From: Azolla caroliniana
Lineage: Eukaryota > Plantae > Polypodiophyta
NCBI GenBank assembly: GCA_043228905.1
Contig: JBHGNT010000001.1
Coordinates: 27,776,001 to 27,840,000, forward strand
Length of the DNA: 64,000 nucleotides
Direction of reading: 5' to 3'
Shown here: positions 51,320 through 63,119 of the stretch, in pieces
Layout of the letters: every line of letters begins with the position of its first letter
How positions within the stretch are numbered: position 1 is the first letter of the stretch
Program-made: the position numbers and the translations under genes
The notes under the pieces: generated by a model
What the model saw: the letters and a program-made list of their open reading frames with translations, nothing else
What the model was told of the DNA's origin: nothing
Databases searched by the model: none

Positions 51320-53240
51320 CCCATTCCTAAGTCGATTGAGCTTGGATGATTTTCTACTGGGTTGAAATCTCAATATAGATGGAACCTTTATTCTAATACA
51401 ATGAAAGGCCTATGATCAATGTGTTTCCCTCAATGGACATGGAAGCTCCTAAGTATGAGGAGGTGAAGGAGAGTGTGAAAAACACCTATACAACACTGAA
51501 TGCATGGCTTATATAGTTAGGTTTTCCCTCAAGATTAACGATATATAAATTGGATCAAGACACTATACAATGAGAGAATAAAAATAAGCTCATCAACTTT
51601 CACGTAATTATAGTTGGATGTGTATGGCTAAAAAATAAGGAATGTTGTTGAACATCAACTTAATGAATGGGTTGGGAAACACAAGAAGAGAGATGTGGGA
51701 TGACTATGTTTTTTTTATCAAAAACAACTCACTTGATCACCTTATTTATATGCATGTCATAAAGGACGAGAGTTGGCATGAAAGAAAACCCGTGTACTAT
51801 TGTTTTGTAGATTTTCAAGACAAAATTTGACACAAATCCAAATGTGAATTTATGGAAAGAATGGAAATAGTTTGAATACCAAATTGGTGAAAGTAATTGT
51901 ACTCGTGAAGAGTTCATCCAAGAAGGATCGAGTGAAATTTGAGAAAAACCAAACATCGTGCATTCCATAATGTCACTTGCGATTATGAAGACAAGTTTGT
52001 AGTTTTAACATATTATTAACTATTACAAAAGCTTTTAGATTACATACGTACTTTATGTGAACATTGTAGCCTAGAAGTCAATGTTACTAAGACCAAAGCT
52101 ACGGTGTTAAGCACTCCCAAAATTTAACATCACACGCGAGTAGTGTACAATGAAGAGGATATAATTAAAGCGGTTCACATTTACATAAATACCTATAGTT
52201 GAATTACCTCAGCTACACAATTGTAAGAAGTGTCCAACAATGAGAGCGGAATGAACACAAGCCAATATCATCAAATTGAGAGCATGGGTCGCTTGAACAT
52301 TCCCCGAATATGGGAGCGAGACTGGACTAGTAGTATTTTGATGCACACATGTTGCAAACTTCACATCTAGTGATGGGTTTTGGGAGGTAGAAAAATAGCA
52401 AATTCATGCAATGAAATAGAGAAAATATAGAAGAAATATCTACATTGTCATGTAAGGACCAAGGGCACAATCATGTACTCCATAATGCTCCTGGAAATGT
52501 GAAGAAGAAGGCCAATATATTATTATGCCCTTCAAGGAGTGTAAAAGTACACATTGAAAGTCAAGATAACGAATAGAAATCATCATTTGAAGGTTGCACT
52601 GGATTTTGGATGCTTTCCACCACATCAAATCTAGAAAAGGAATTCCATTTCCTTTAGTTGTGGTAGATACATGCGGAAATTGTCAACAAAATGGTGGCGC
52701 GTTGAAGAACATGTTTATGTGCATGTACATACATGAAAACAAAGAGACACAAAGAGAAACAAACCCATTTTTTACTTAGACACATTAGAAGCCATCCATA
52801 TGAAATAGAGAACAATCACCCAACATAGTTATGAGTTTGAGCACTTATCGTAGATGCATTCATAATCAATATCGAGAAAACTAATAATCACTAACGTAGC
52901 TGCATTCATAGTTATGTGTTGGTTAATATCCAAATGCATGCACCCAAAGAGAGTTAGAAGTGGCATCACATTAAAGGCAAAGGGCACATGTTGCATACCG
53001 AGTATTGGAATGAAAATACACGACAAATGATTTATGTTTTGGCCAATGTTCCACATGGACAAGACAATGTCAATTTGGAACGCTCCATGTACAGGGACAT
53101 CACGAATGATTTTTCCGGATATTCACGAGAGGTTGTAGGAGCATGCAAGAGTCGAGTTCGTAGGAGCAAAAGGACGGAACCATCACAGGTGACTATGGGC
53201 GTGCACATTGGACTCGAGCAGATGACTGACAAAGCTCATT
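51320..53240 (+). mobile_element. Decayed RTE-clade LINE reverse transcriptase
   Basis: DHLIYMHVIKDESWHERKPVYYCFVDFQ..FDT..LWKE (about 51730-51860) matches DH+F.LR...YCCFVDF.KAFD. LEVNVTKTKATV (about 52070-52105) matches L.VN..KTK.MV. Many stops; boundaries approximate. Confidence 0.75.
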
Positions 53241-53740
53241 AAAGATGAAGCTTCCAAAGGTTCCATAAAGAAACTAAGGTTCTTCATTTTGCCTTCTACC
53301 CATTTTTTGTCCTGCCATTTTTTTACAAACAAAAAACACTCTGAAGTCCCAAGTTCTTATCAAAACATTCTCCTACAAAACATCCAACATACCCAAAAAA
53401 AAAACAGAGTGTTCGATAACGTAACGACTCAATCCTCCATTTCTTTAGCCCTCGAGGAGTGAGAGAACTTCTCTAAAATATCACCATCATCCAATACCCG
53501 TGGAGAATCAATGTAGGTCCTCTGATTTCTTTGGTAAGAGAAAACTCATACATTGTTTTGATTATCACTAAAACATGATAATTCTGGAGGATCTTTTCTG
53601 GGCATTTTCATCACTTTTTTCTCTGTTTCGTTTTGGAAACAAATATGATATTCTTTTTCAGCATAAAAAATCCAAAATCTAATTCATTTCATGGTTATCA
53701 CAGCATATGAAGATGTGCAAGAAAGAGAAAAGAAAGGAAT

Positions 53741-56422
53741 ATGTATTTGTTTGAGATGATTCCACAACAAGGACGTGTATGTTTACATCCTACAACTTTG
53801 TGCTTGTTGAAATCTTGTATAAACCAAAAGTCGTTGATCCATGGAAGATTGATGAATGATCATATCATAAGAAATGGTCAGATTTTCGATGTTTCCATAG
53901 CCACATCACTTATTGATATGTATGCAAAATGTGGTAGCACAGATGAAGCTCAGAGAATGTTTGATGCGTTGTCCATAAAGAATGTGGTCACTTGGAACGT
54001 GTTGATTTCGGGATGCATTCTTGGAGGGCAAAATGCACGTGCTTTGCTTCTGTTTGAGAGAATGAAGAAACAAAAAGTGGTTATATATCCTGTGAAAGTT
54101 ACATACTTGTATATTCTAAAGGCATGCGGTGGTCTAATTGCTGTTCAAAAGGGTAATTTGATCTATCGCGATATCATAAGTAGTGGGTTTGATGTAGATT
54201 TGATGGTTGGAAATAGTGTCATTGACTTCTATGCCAAATGTGGTCTTTTGCAGGAAGCAAGGAAAGTGTTTACAAGGCTGCTGATCAGAGATGTAGTGTC
54301 GTGGAATTCATTGATTTCCGGATTTGTTCAATTCGGCGATGCTTCTACTGCAGTCAAATTATTCAAGGAAATGCAACAAGAAGGTTATTTTCCGGATATA
54401 GTTTCCTTTTCATGTGCTTTTCGAGCTTGTAGAAGTATGGAAACTTTGGACCTTGGTATGTCAATGCATAATCAACTCGTGGAGGTCGGTTTAAATATCG
54501 ATGAAATTGTCGGGGGTACCCTTGTTGATATGTATGCAAAATGTGGGAGCCTTGAAGAAGCTCGCCATATATTTGATGGATTGCGACACCGAAATAGTAT
54601 TGTGTGGGGTACAATGATATCAGGATATGCAATACATGGACAATATATGGTTGGAATCAAGCTTCTCAATCAGATGGAAAATGAGGGTATATTTCCAGAT
54701 ACTGCAACATTTCCATTCATTCTTCAATGTTGTGTGGGCATAAGAGATCTCAGTCAAGGTAGGGTTGTGCATGATATAGTTCTTAAAAGACAATGGGAGG
54801 TTGAAAACACTATAACTAATGCTCTCATTGATATGTATGCTAAATGTGGTAGCCTAGAAGAGGCACACAAAGTGTTTGATCACATGTTAAATCAAGACAT
54901 GATTTCATGGAATACATTGATTGCTGGATATGTTCAGCATGAGGATGGGTTTAAGGCATTAGACCTCTATGAGAGAATGCGAGAAAAAGGATTCATCTCA
55001 GACAAGGTAACATTCTTAGCAGGGTTGAAAGCATGTGTTGATACTGGAGCTTTACTACTAGGAAAGATTCTTCATGATGAGGTCTATCGATGTGGTTTTG
55101 AAAGTGACGTAGTTCTCAGTAGTACCCTTGTTAATATGTATGCACAGTGGGGGAACTTAGGGGATGCATGTTCAGTTTTTAACACTTTATCTCAGTATGA
55201 CGTGGTATCATGCGGTTCAATGATAACAGGATATATTCAACATGAACAATGGCTTTCAGCATGTAAAGTATATGAGTTAATGCATCAAAAAAATATTAAG
55301 CCCGACAACATCTCTTTTGCATGCATTTTAAAGGCATGTAGCGGGTTGGAATCTGTACATGTTGGGGAGCATATTCATGATGATGTAGTAAGAAGTGGTC
55401 TCGATAAAGATATGTTGATTGGAAATGCCCTGATTGATATGTATGCAAAATGGGGAAGGTTGCAGGATGCTCGTTATTCCTTCGACAAGTTGTTGAGTAG
55501 AAGTCTTGCATCATGGAATGCAATGATGACAGGCTATGCACAATTTGATGATTCTTCTCAAACTCTTCTACTTTTCCAACGCTTGCAATACGAAGGACTG
55601 CACCCTGACCAGGTTTCCTTTGTGTGCGCACTAAAAGCTTGTAGTAATGCTGGATCTATAGAGCATGGAAGACAGATCCATGACCAAGTGATTAGACGTT
55701 CTTTAGAATGTGATTTAGTTATTAGCAACTCAACTATTGATATGTACGCAAAGTGTGGAAATCTTGAAGAGGCAAATAAAATATTCGATGGGTTAAGACA
55801 TAGGGATGTGGTGTCATGGAGTGCACTCATTTCGGGCTATGCACAAGATGGAAGCTTTGAGAAGGTTGAGCATTTTCTAATGAAGATGAAGAAAACTGGA
55901 TTGAAACCTGTAAGTAAGACTTTTACGAGTGTCCTTGGTGCATGTAGTCACACTGGCAAGGTGAAGGCAAGTCACATGTATTTCAAATCAATGAGGGAAG
56001 AATTCAAAATTATCCCGAGCATTGAGCATTATAATTGCATGATTGATGTCCTTGGTCGCGCTGGACATTTTGATGATGCATGCAAGTTTCTCCAGAGTTT
56101 TCCCATATTTCCCAATGTTAAGACCTGGATGTCTTTGCTAACATCATGTAGAACTTTTGGGAGAATATCCTTTGGGAAACATTGTTTCAGTGAACTCATG
56201 AAACAAGATCCCAACAATGCATCGGCTTTTTTGATCATGTCGAAGATATATGCTGACGCAAACATGTGGGATGAAGTGTATAAGCTTGAAGATGCGAGAA
56301 GAGAGAAAAGTGGATGGAAAAAGCCGGGAAAGGCGTGCCTTGAGATTGCAGCTGGAGTCCATGAGTTCATCACCAAGGAAAGGGGTTATCACCAGCCTGA
56401 AGTTGCATATTTTAGGCGCTAA
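53741..56422 (+). CDS. PLS-class PPR protein, E/E+ type, DYW absent or truncated
   Basis: 893-aa intronless ORF with repeated LIDMYAKCG..VSWN.LI.GY motifs, PSIEHYNCMIDVLGRAG, E1/E2 and a PG-box variant KKPGKACLEI..GVHEF. Possible 5' UTR intron 53533-53703. Confidence 0.92.
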   Translation: MYLFEMIPQQGRVCLHPTTLCLLKSCINQKSLIHGRLMNDHIIRNGQIFDVSIATSLIDMYAKCGSTDEAQRMFDALSIKNVVTWNVLISGCILGGQNARALLLFERMKKQKVVIYPVKVTYLYILKACGGLIAVQKGNLIYRDIISSGFDVDLMVGNSVIDFYAKCGLLQEARKVFTRLLIRDVVSWNSLISGFVQFGDASTAVKLFKEMQQEGYFPDIVSFSCAFRACRSMETLDLGMSMHNQLVEVGLNIDEIVGGTLVDMYAKCGSLEEARHIFDGLRHRNSIVWGTMISGYAIHGQYMVGIKLLNQMENEGIFPDTATFPFILQCCVGIRDLSQGRVVHDIVLKRQWEVENTITNALIDMYAKCGSLEEAHKVFDHMLNQDMISWNTLIAGYVQHEDGFKALDLYERMREKGFISDKVTFLAGLKACVDTGALLLGKILHDEVYRCGFESDVVLSSTLVNMYAQWGNLGDACSVFNTLSQYDVVSCGSMITGYIQHEQWLSACKVYELMHQKNIKPDNISFACILKACSGLESVHVGEHIHDDVVRSGLDKDMLIGNALIDMYAKWGRLQDARYSFDKLLSRSLASWNAMMTGYAQFDDSSQTLLLFQRLQYEGLHPDQVSFVCALKACSNAGSIEHGRQIHDQVIRRSLECDLVISNSTIDMYAKCGNLEEANKIFDGLRHRDVVSWSALISGYAQDGSFEKVEHFLMKMKKTGLKPVSKTFTSVLGACSHTGKVKASHMYFKSMREEFKIIPSIEHYNCMIDVLGRAGHFDDACKFLQSFPIFPNVKTWMSLLTSCRTFGRISFGKHCFSELMKQDPNNASAFLIMSKIYADANMWDEVYKLEDARREKSGWKKPGKACLEIAAGVHEFITKERGYHQPEVAYFRR

Positions 56423-57385
56423 AGACTTTCTATAAGAGTAATCAAGGAAAAAGGTCATGTGCCACAATCAGACACGGTATTGGAACAAGAAGTTCTAGAT
56501 TTGTGTAGAACTTCTTAATTATTTTGACAGCATGAAATATTGTGTTTTAAAGCTCTGGAGCATGCAAAAAATGCATTCCACAGAGTATGCGATTGCTTTT
56601 CCGACGACTTTGGAGAATTGAAGATAATTTTGTGTATAATATCGAAAGGTCTCTATTTTAAGGGTTGTTCTGCAAAGCCGTCACATGAAGATGTGGCACT
56701 TGAGGAAGACCTCAAATAGCAATGGAGATATATCAGGTTGAAGATAACACACTAAATGCACCAGCAAAAGAAGATGGAAAATCAAACTGCCTTCAACTAA
56801 GGTTTCGGCACTTGAAATGATCATAACTAATTGTTATGTCTTTTGATTGAGTTGTTTTTTCTTTACAAACCATTTTTTGTTTATAAACCATTGAATATTC
56901 TCTAGGTCAATCAAGATCTTCAATGCCACACAAACATCCATCAGCACCATTGCGTAATAGTATATGTGATTTCGACATGGTAAGATGTTTATTGTTAAAT
57001 TCTTACCATCACTTACATTCCCCTTTATCTATTGTGGTGATTACCCTTTTTAATCTACTCTACGAGGAATCCCAAGTACCCTTGGAATTAATTATAAGAA
57101 AATGTGAAGCTGCCATATATCCATTGCAATTAAATCACCAGCCATGTTGTTGATTTCATTCATATTCTTTTACATCACGTTTTATATTCTTAGAAACTTT
57201 CTTACTCTTATTGTTGGCACAATTGTTTATCAAAACATCTATTAACTTTCTCATGGTGTACTCGATTTCTAGAATATATTACCAAACTACCCTACTCAAT
57301 AGAGTAGGATTGGTAAGTTTTATTCAATATATATCAATGTGCTGCATTGCACAATCTACAAATGAAACATGTCATAAATTCGGGC

Positions 57386-58136
57386 TTAAAAGCCACAATC
57401 AAGCGTGGTTCCATCTGTAAGGTGGAGGGTACAGCCGGTTGCATCGGGCATGCAACTCGAAAGGATACAACAATTGTTGTATGCCGGTAGCTTTACTTCT
57501 GATCCCCCTGTAGATGTGCAAGTCGAGTACTCTGTGGGATAGAATACAGCTGGACAAATAGCTCCCCCACAAGCTGTGAAAACAACATAATCATCAACAT
57601 CATAGTAAGTCAGGATCATTCTCCATATCATGGATTGATTGGTCGAATAATATAATCTCACAAACAACCAACATAATTCACACATAAAGAAAGAATTGGG
57701 ATTGAAAATGCAAAGGTGGAATAGATTAGATTAGGGAGAAGTTTGAATGGATTGTCAATTAAATGATATATTCATGACACACATGATCACGACACATGAT
57801 CAAGTTGTCCATAGATTGATACACACTAGTTTTAGGGTTTTTTGGCATATAAAATATGTTAATAGATATATCATATGCTATACACTAGTTTTAGGGATTT
57901 TTAGGGATATAAAATATGTTCATAGATATGATATACTCTAGTTTTAGGGATTTTTAGGCATATAAAATCTGTCAATAGATATTGGGATGAACTACAAAAA
58001 GATAATATGATTGAACAAATCAAATGAACAGATTTCATATGACTTATGACTCACCTTGAGAGTTGGCGCTAGTTGAGAAGGTAGCCACTAGCATAGTGAC
58101 CACAATCAAGAAAGCAATGAATGTTTTAGTAGTCAT
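57386..58136 (-). CDS. Secreted Pin-II-like peptide, copy B, 89 aa
   Basis: Exons 58136-58055 and 57573-57386 (donor GTGAGT, acceptor ttttcacag, phase 1). Protein: MTTKTFIAFLIVVTMLVATFSTSANSQ-ACGGAICPAVFYPTEYSTCTSTGGSEVKLPAYNNCCILSSCMPDATGCTLHLTDGTTLDCGF. Clear paralog of 16090-16596. Confidence 0.88.
57820..57980. repeat. Degenerate tandem repeat, about 57-62 bp x3, in the Pin-II-like copy B intron
   Basis: ctagttttaggg.ttttt.gg.atataaaat.tgt.aatagatat three times. Confidence 0.8.
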
Positions 58137-59228
58137 CTTGGGTATGCGTGTACTATATGCTATGGATACCTATATTGATATAATCGAGTGATTAGCAAAT
58201 ATATATATATATATAGGTGATTTAAGTGGATTATAACACAATGATCAACACTTGTCTCATTTGTTTGTAATTTATAGTGCCCACTTCTCCTAGGGGGTAA
58301 CACCCAACCCAGCCTACTAATTTGACTAGGCTTCACGGAGCCTACAAAATTTGACTAGGTTTGGGCCAATGAATATTCTGAATTATTCTTAAAAGGAGAG
58401 CCCTCATTTGATATCTGTGTGTACACATTGACATTATAGTACATTATGTGTCCAATGTAGTTATATCAAGATTAAATTCCTATCCATTGTGTTAGAAGAC
58501 TTATTTGGATAAGCTAAGTGTACATAACCAATTTATCTTGTCATAATATACATTCAACACCATTGGCGTTTTTGAACGATACTCTTAAGCACATGTCAAA
58601 GTTGGCGTACCGATACTTTTAATTCTAGGGAGCATGCAAGCTCTTTTACGTCACATTTTATTGCCAAGTCAATGCTTGGAATTTCAATGTACACACAAGT
58701 ATGACACCTCATTTGAGATAATCAAGTACAAACTTTTGAACTTTTGTTTCAATCATTTGCTTAATATCAACTATCAATTTATTATGGCAACATGTGAGAT
58801 AAGAAGTACATATACGACACGTCAAAATTTTGCATAGAATGGGCCTATACACATGTTAGAAACAATGCTTGCCAACATTAAAATTTGATGTGCAACCTAT
58901 GATTTCATGGGACTTGGATATCCATTGACTTTTTAAATATTGTTTTAGTCGGTAAGACATTTTTATAGATCCACAAAACTATATGTATGTTTTTTTATAG
59001 CTTCTTGTAATATAAACAAATGTAACCTTTACTCAAAAAACCCACATAACATTGTAGAAAGATGATGTATGCAATGTGGATTAAAAGACTAACTACATAG
59101 ACCCACATCATACAAGAGAAAGATGATAATTCTACTCATACGTTACGTCGTATTCATTTTGTTGGAGACTTAGGCCGTCAATGCGGAATTTGAACAACAC
59201 CATGTGATGACAATCACCAAGTTGATGA

Positions 59229-59526
59229 TAGAGATTAGCAAGGAAACTTAATAAAGATCAAGATCAAACAGAAAAAATGTGTGTGAGAGAGAGATAGAGA
59301 GGCATACAATGTAATTGTCTTATTCCAAATATTACAATACAAGAATAACACTATCTAAACCCTAATTCTTAAACCACATAACCGCTTAAATGGTTTGAGC
59401 AATTTGGCGAGGCTCGAACCGAGCCGAGCCGAGCCGAGCTCAAATCGTTTCGGTAGGCTCAAGCCTAAACTGAGCCGCTAAACTACTAAACGGTTTAGGC
59501 TTGAGCCGAGTCGTTGCTGATCCCTA
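59229..59526. mobile_element. Probable degenerate hAT-type MITE
   Basis: The right end reads TAGGGATCAGCAACG on the minus strand, with subterminal (ccgag)n repeats. An imperfect left TIR TAGAGATTAGCAAGG lies at 59229. The TSD is not convincing. Confidence 0.5.
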
Positions 59527-60680
59527 CTTGGACGATAAATGGATTATGGAAAGGAGACCAATATCTCGATTAACTTGGGATCGTGAAGAATTGTATTGGA
59601 AGGTGTGGATTAAAGATCAGATAAAATATGTGGCTTTTTTCCAATATTTTGTGAAGATTGGTAGGAAAACATTAGGGGCTACTAGATCATAGAAAGAATT
59701 GACCGCAAATGTTTTCTGGAGATGGAATGGACTTTCTCCACAACATCTCAAGCAATTTTGGAAATGTTTGTGGAACATAAAAATGAGTAGAAAATTGTTT
59801 GTTTCCGTTAGTTGTTGGTTCATAGAGCTATACCAATTAATGGTTGGCGAAAAGGGAATGCAGACAATATGTGCTTGTACGGATCTAGAAGAGACGGTTA
59901 AGCATTGTTTGTGAAGTTGTTTTCGTTGGTTGTTGGTTCATAGAGTTATACTAGTTAATGGTTGACGAAAGGGGAATGCAGACAATATGTGCCCTTCTTG
60001 TACGGATCTAGAAGAGACTGTTAAGCATTGTTTGTGAAGTTGTGACCTTGCAATGGAAATATGGAAAATAATCATAAAGTTTTAATACCAATATTATATC
60101 CTCAAGCAGTGTATACATGGGGGGCGGTATTATGGGGGGTGGTACAAGATAAACCAACGGTATATGAACAAGAGGATGTTGCAAATGTTATTGCTATGAT
60201 ACATGGCTTGATGCAAAAAACATTGATACCTTTGAATTCACAAATAGAGTTTGATAAACCTGAAATATGGCAATTAATAAGTAGTGTCATAATTTGGTAT
60301 ATTTGGGAAGCTTGACATTGAAGGTGTTCCAAAATGTGGCTAAAAGACCTGCCTAGATAAATTATGGGATTTGGACATAGATTGTGCATAATCTTAGAGG
60401 TTCGTTGAATAATGTAAAAAAGGTAATACGTGATAGGCAGAGCTCAAATGATAGGAGTTTCATGCCATATGGGACAAAGGCATATTTTATAAGGTGGAGT
60501 GGTTCTACTCTACACCAAAGTTTCTTTTTTCCCAGAAAAATTTGCTTACCATTAGTATGTGAATCGCATATACAAATCAAGGCTCAAGCTATGTACACTC
60601 TAAGTATCTATAGATACTCTACTATTTACAGGTCACTTTCATATATATTTGACTATCGTGTGACACCTTAGATAAAAAAA
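59527..60680 (+). mobile_element. LINE (L1/Tx1-like) 3' ORF2 remnant with zf-RVT
   Basis: CPSCTDLEETVKHCL*SC zinc knuckle and IIWYIW.A motif, with stops and frameshifts. Internal tandem duplication of about 125 bp (about 59800-60040). Confidence 0.82.
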
Positions 60681-61029
60681 GGTGGGGCAATTGTTGTCCA
60701 CATAACAACAAATGACTATCGAACAAAACCTGATATTTTTCAACAAGAATCAAGACACAACTAGCAAGCTTTTAAATGCAACTAGACATTGATATGACCA
60801 ATATGGATGATTTGATGGCCAGGGGTTAGAGCTAGTGAGGCGGTTGGAAGCACCATTTCGGATGTCTTGACATGAAGTCCACCAATGGTGTGGTTTCCCA
60901 AAGTGAGATAAATTGTGCTCGTGCCAACTCTTGAGACTTTGAATCTCCTTGTAGGTTTTCAAATTGTGCACACAAGGATACTGCTAGATCAATCCATATA
61001 GTTGTGATGACATCTGCAATTGTCTACGT

Positions 61030-61160
61030 TAAAGTATTTATTTAAGTCGGCGATTAGAATTAGAAAAAGGGCTCATTACCAATAGGTACATCTTTTTATG
61101 TATAGCCTTAGTGTGTTTCTTATATCAACGTAGTATCCATTTTTTGGGAAAACAAAAATT
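61030..61160 (+). mobile_element. Isolated 3' UTR fragment of the same LINE family
   Basis: aagtatttatttaag.cg..gattagaa...tagcctta.tg.gtt.t.t...gtagtatc.ttttttgg.aaaa matches the reverse complement of 63125-63252. Confidence 0.7.
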
Positions 61161-62201
61161 CTTCTATTCTTTATATTCATCAGAGCTTCAAAGCATTTGC
61201 TCTACATAACCTCTTCAATTTTTTAAAGAGTTTCTTTTGATCTAAATCACCTTAGAAAACCCTCTATCGTATGCAACTAATGAGATGGTAAAAAAACAAG
61301 AACCATACTCCACATTCTCATTATCCATGGAAAAGCATGTTCCTATTTATTTCGGATATGCCGGTCTTTCCAATATTTATGCATGTGTTTCATTTTGAAA
61401 ACAATTTCTCATCCTCAATATAAAAGATTGTTTTTCTCTTTTTGTTTTTCTTCTTGATTAATCAACGTACATGAATTGTTTGTAAATGGAATTTTCAACA
61501 TAACACTTCTAACCACGCTCTTATGATATATCCAATTTGTCAAAATCATGATACTAGAGCCGTGTTCCTTGTATCGTAAACAATTCAATGCAACGAACAA
61601 CCATTTGAACAAAGCCACATAAACATCACAAATTTCAATATATCATACAATAATCAAATCTCGTATACAACTTAATATAGTTGGATCATATGAGCATTTG
61701 CCATGGTATACATTTCATGTACATATTGAACCAAATGTAGGTGATGATGACGTGAAAGGCCTTCAATATCAACCAAAGTCATGAATCCATTATTAGTACC
61801 ATTTTATTTATTTATTACAAAAAAAACACTACTTCTCATTAGTTAGCAAAAAAATACAACAAAGTTCAAACATTAAGATCCACAAGGACTAACCTTTAAA
61901 GAGGGATCGATATATACAACAACATTAAAAACAACAACAAATTCAACAAAACTCACACAATCCTTCCCCCCTCATATACAACAAAATTAACCCACCTACG
62001 CTTTTACAACAAAGTTAATCGAGTACCACAACTATGGTAACTGACTTGTACCACAACTATACATATTTATATCTATCCACCATTGGGATCCATTGGTGGA
62101 AACAATCACCCCGGTGCTTTGTAGTTCCATTTAGGCCCTGTCGAAGATTTGACCATTATAGGAGAACCACCCCATTTCAACATAAGCTTTAACCTTGCCA
62201 T

Positions 62202-62699
62202 TAGCAATGGGCATGGTTCGGTTCGATTTCAAGGCAAAGAAACCAAACCGAACCAAATTTGAACCGTTTAGATAAACAAAAACCAAACCAAATCGTTTAT
62301 GAACTCTCAAGTATTTAAACCAAACCATTTAAGAAAAAGTAAACCAAACCATTTAAACCGAATCTATTTAGGGAAAAGTTGAACCAAACCGAACCATTTA
62401 ATAAAAAAATTTAAACCTAACCATTTAAGTCAAACTAATTAAACATCTAAATAAACAAAAATTAAATTTATTAAATCAGTAAAAGACATTAATTAAACAA
62501 TTAAATTAATAAACTATTAAGGTAAAAAAAAGGTTAACCAAAAACCTATAAACCAAATCATTTAAACCTATAAACCTGAGTTTTAGAACCGAAACTGAAC
62601 CGTTTATAAAAAATCCAAACCACTAAAAAATTTGGAACCAATAAACCGTTAAACCATGGCTTAACGGTTCGGTTCGAGCCGAAACCGTGCCCATTGCTA
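62202..62699. mobile_element. hAT-superfamily MITE, 498 bp
   Basis: TIR TAGCAATGGGCA(T/C)GGTT at both ends. 8-bp TSD cttgccat / cttgtcat (one mismatch). Subterminal aaccg/aaacc repeats and an AT-rich core. Confidence 0.92.
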
Positions 62700-63119
62700 C
62701 TTGTCATTTCTACTTTGTTTGAATCCCCCTGAATCAAGTCATACCTATTATGAAAGATTCAATATGAAGTTCACATATAAGTTATGCATACAAGGAATTC
62801 CATGTGAGAAGTTTCAAAATTTGATTTAGATGTTCTCCAATGCTTGAAAACTTTGGATGTGCCTCGTGAAATTTGCTTTTCAACAAGTTAGGAGCTCCAA
62901 CTTCCAAGCACATTAACAAAACAAAAAGTACACTTTATAATGATGAAACCAATCTAATTACTTACGTTGCAGATGACAGGTTTTATTTTCAAATATGAAA
63001 TAAAAGTTTAATGTAGTTAATTATTGAGGATGATAGAAGTTGTCACGGATACACCGTGTCCGTGACAGAAGTGATCAAAGAATAAAATGTTTGATGCATA
63101 TTACATATATTTTTGATGT

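Noticed and set aside
56420-56422. TAA stop rescued by U-to-C editing to CAA
   Set aside because: U-to-C stop removal is known for organellar transcripts, not nuclear genes, and further stops follow at 56516 and 56525.
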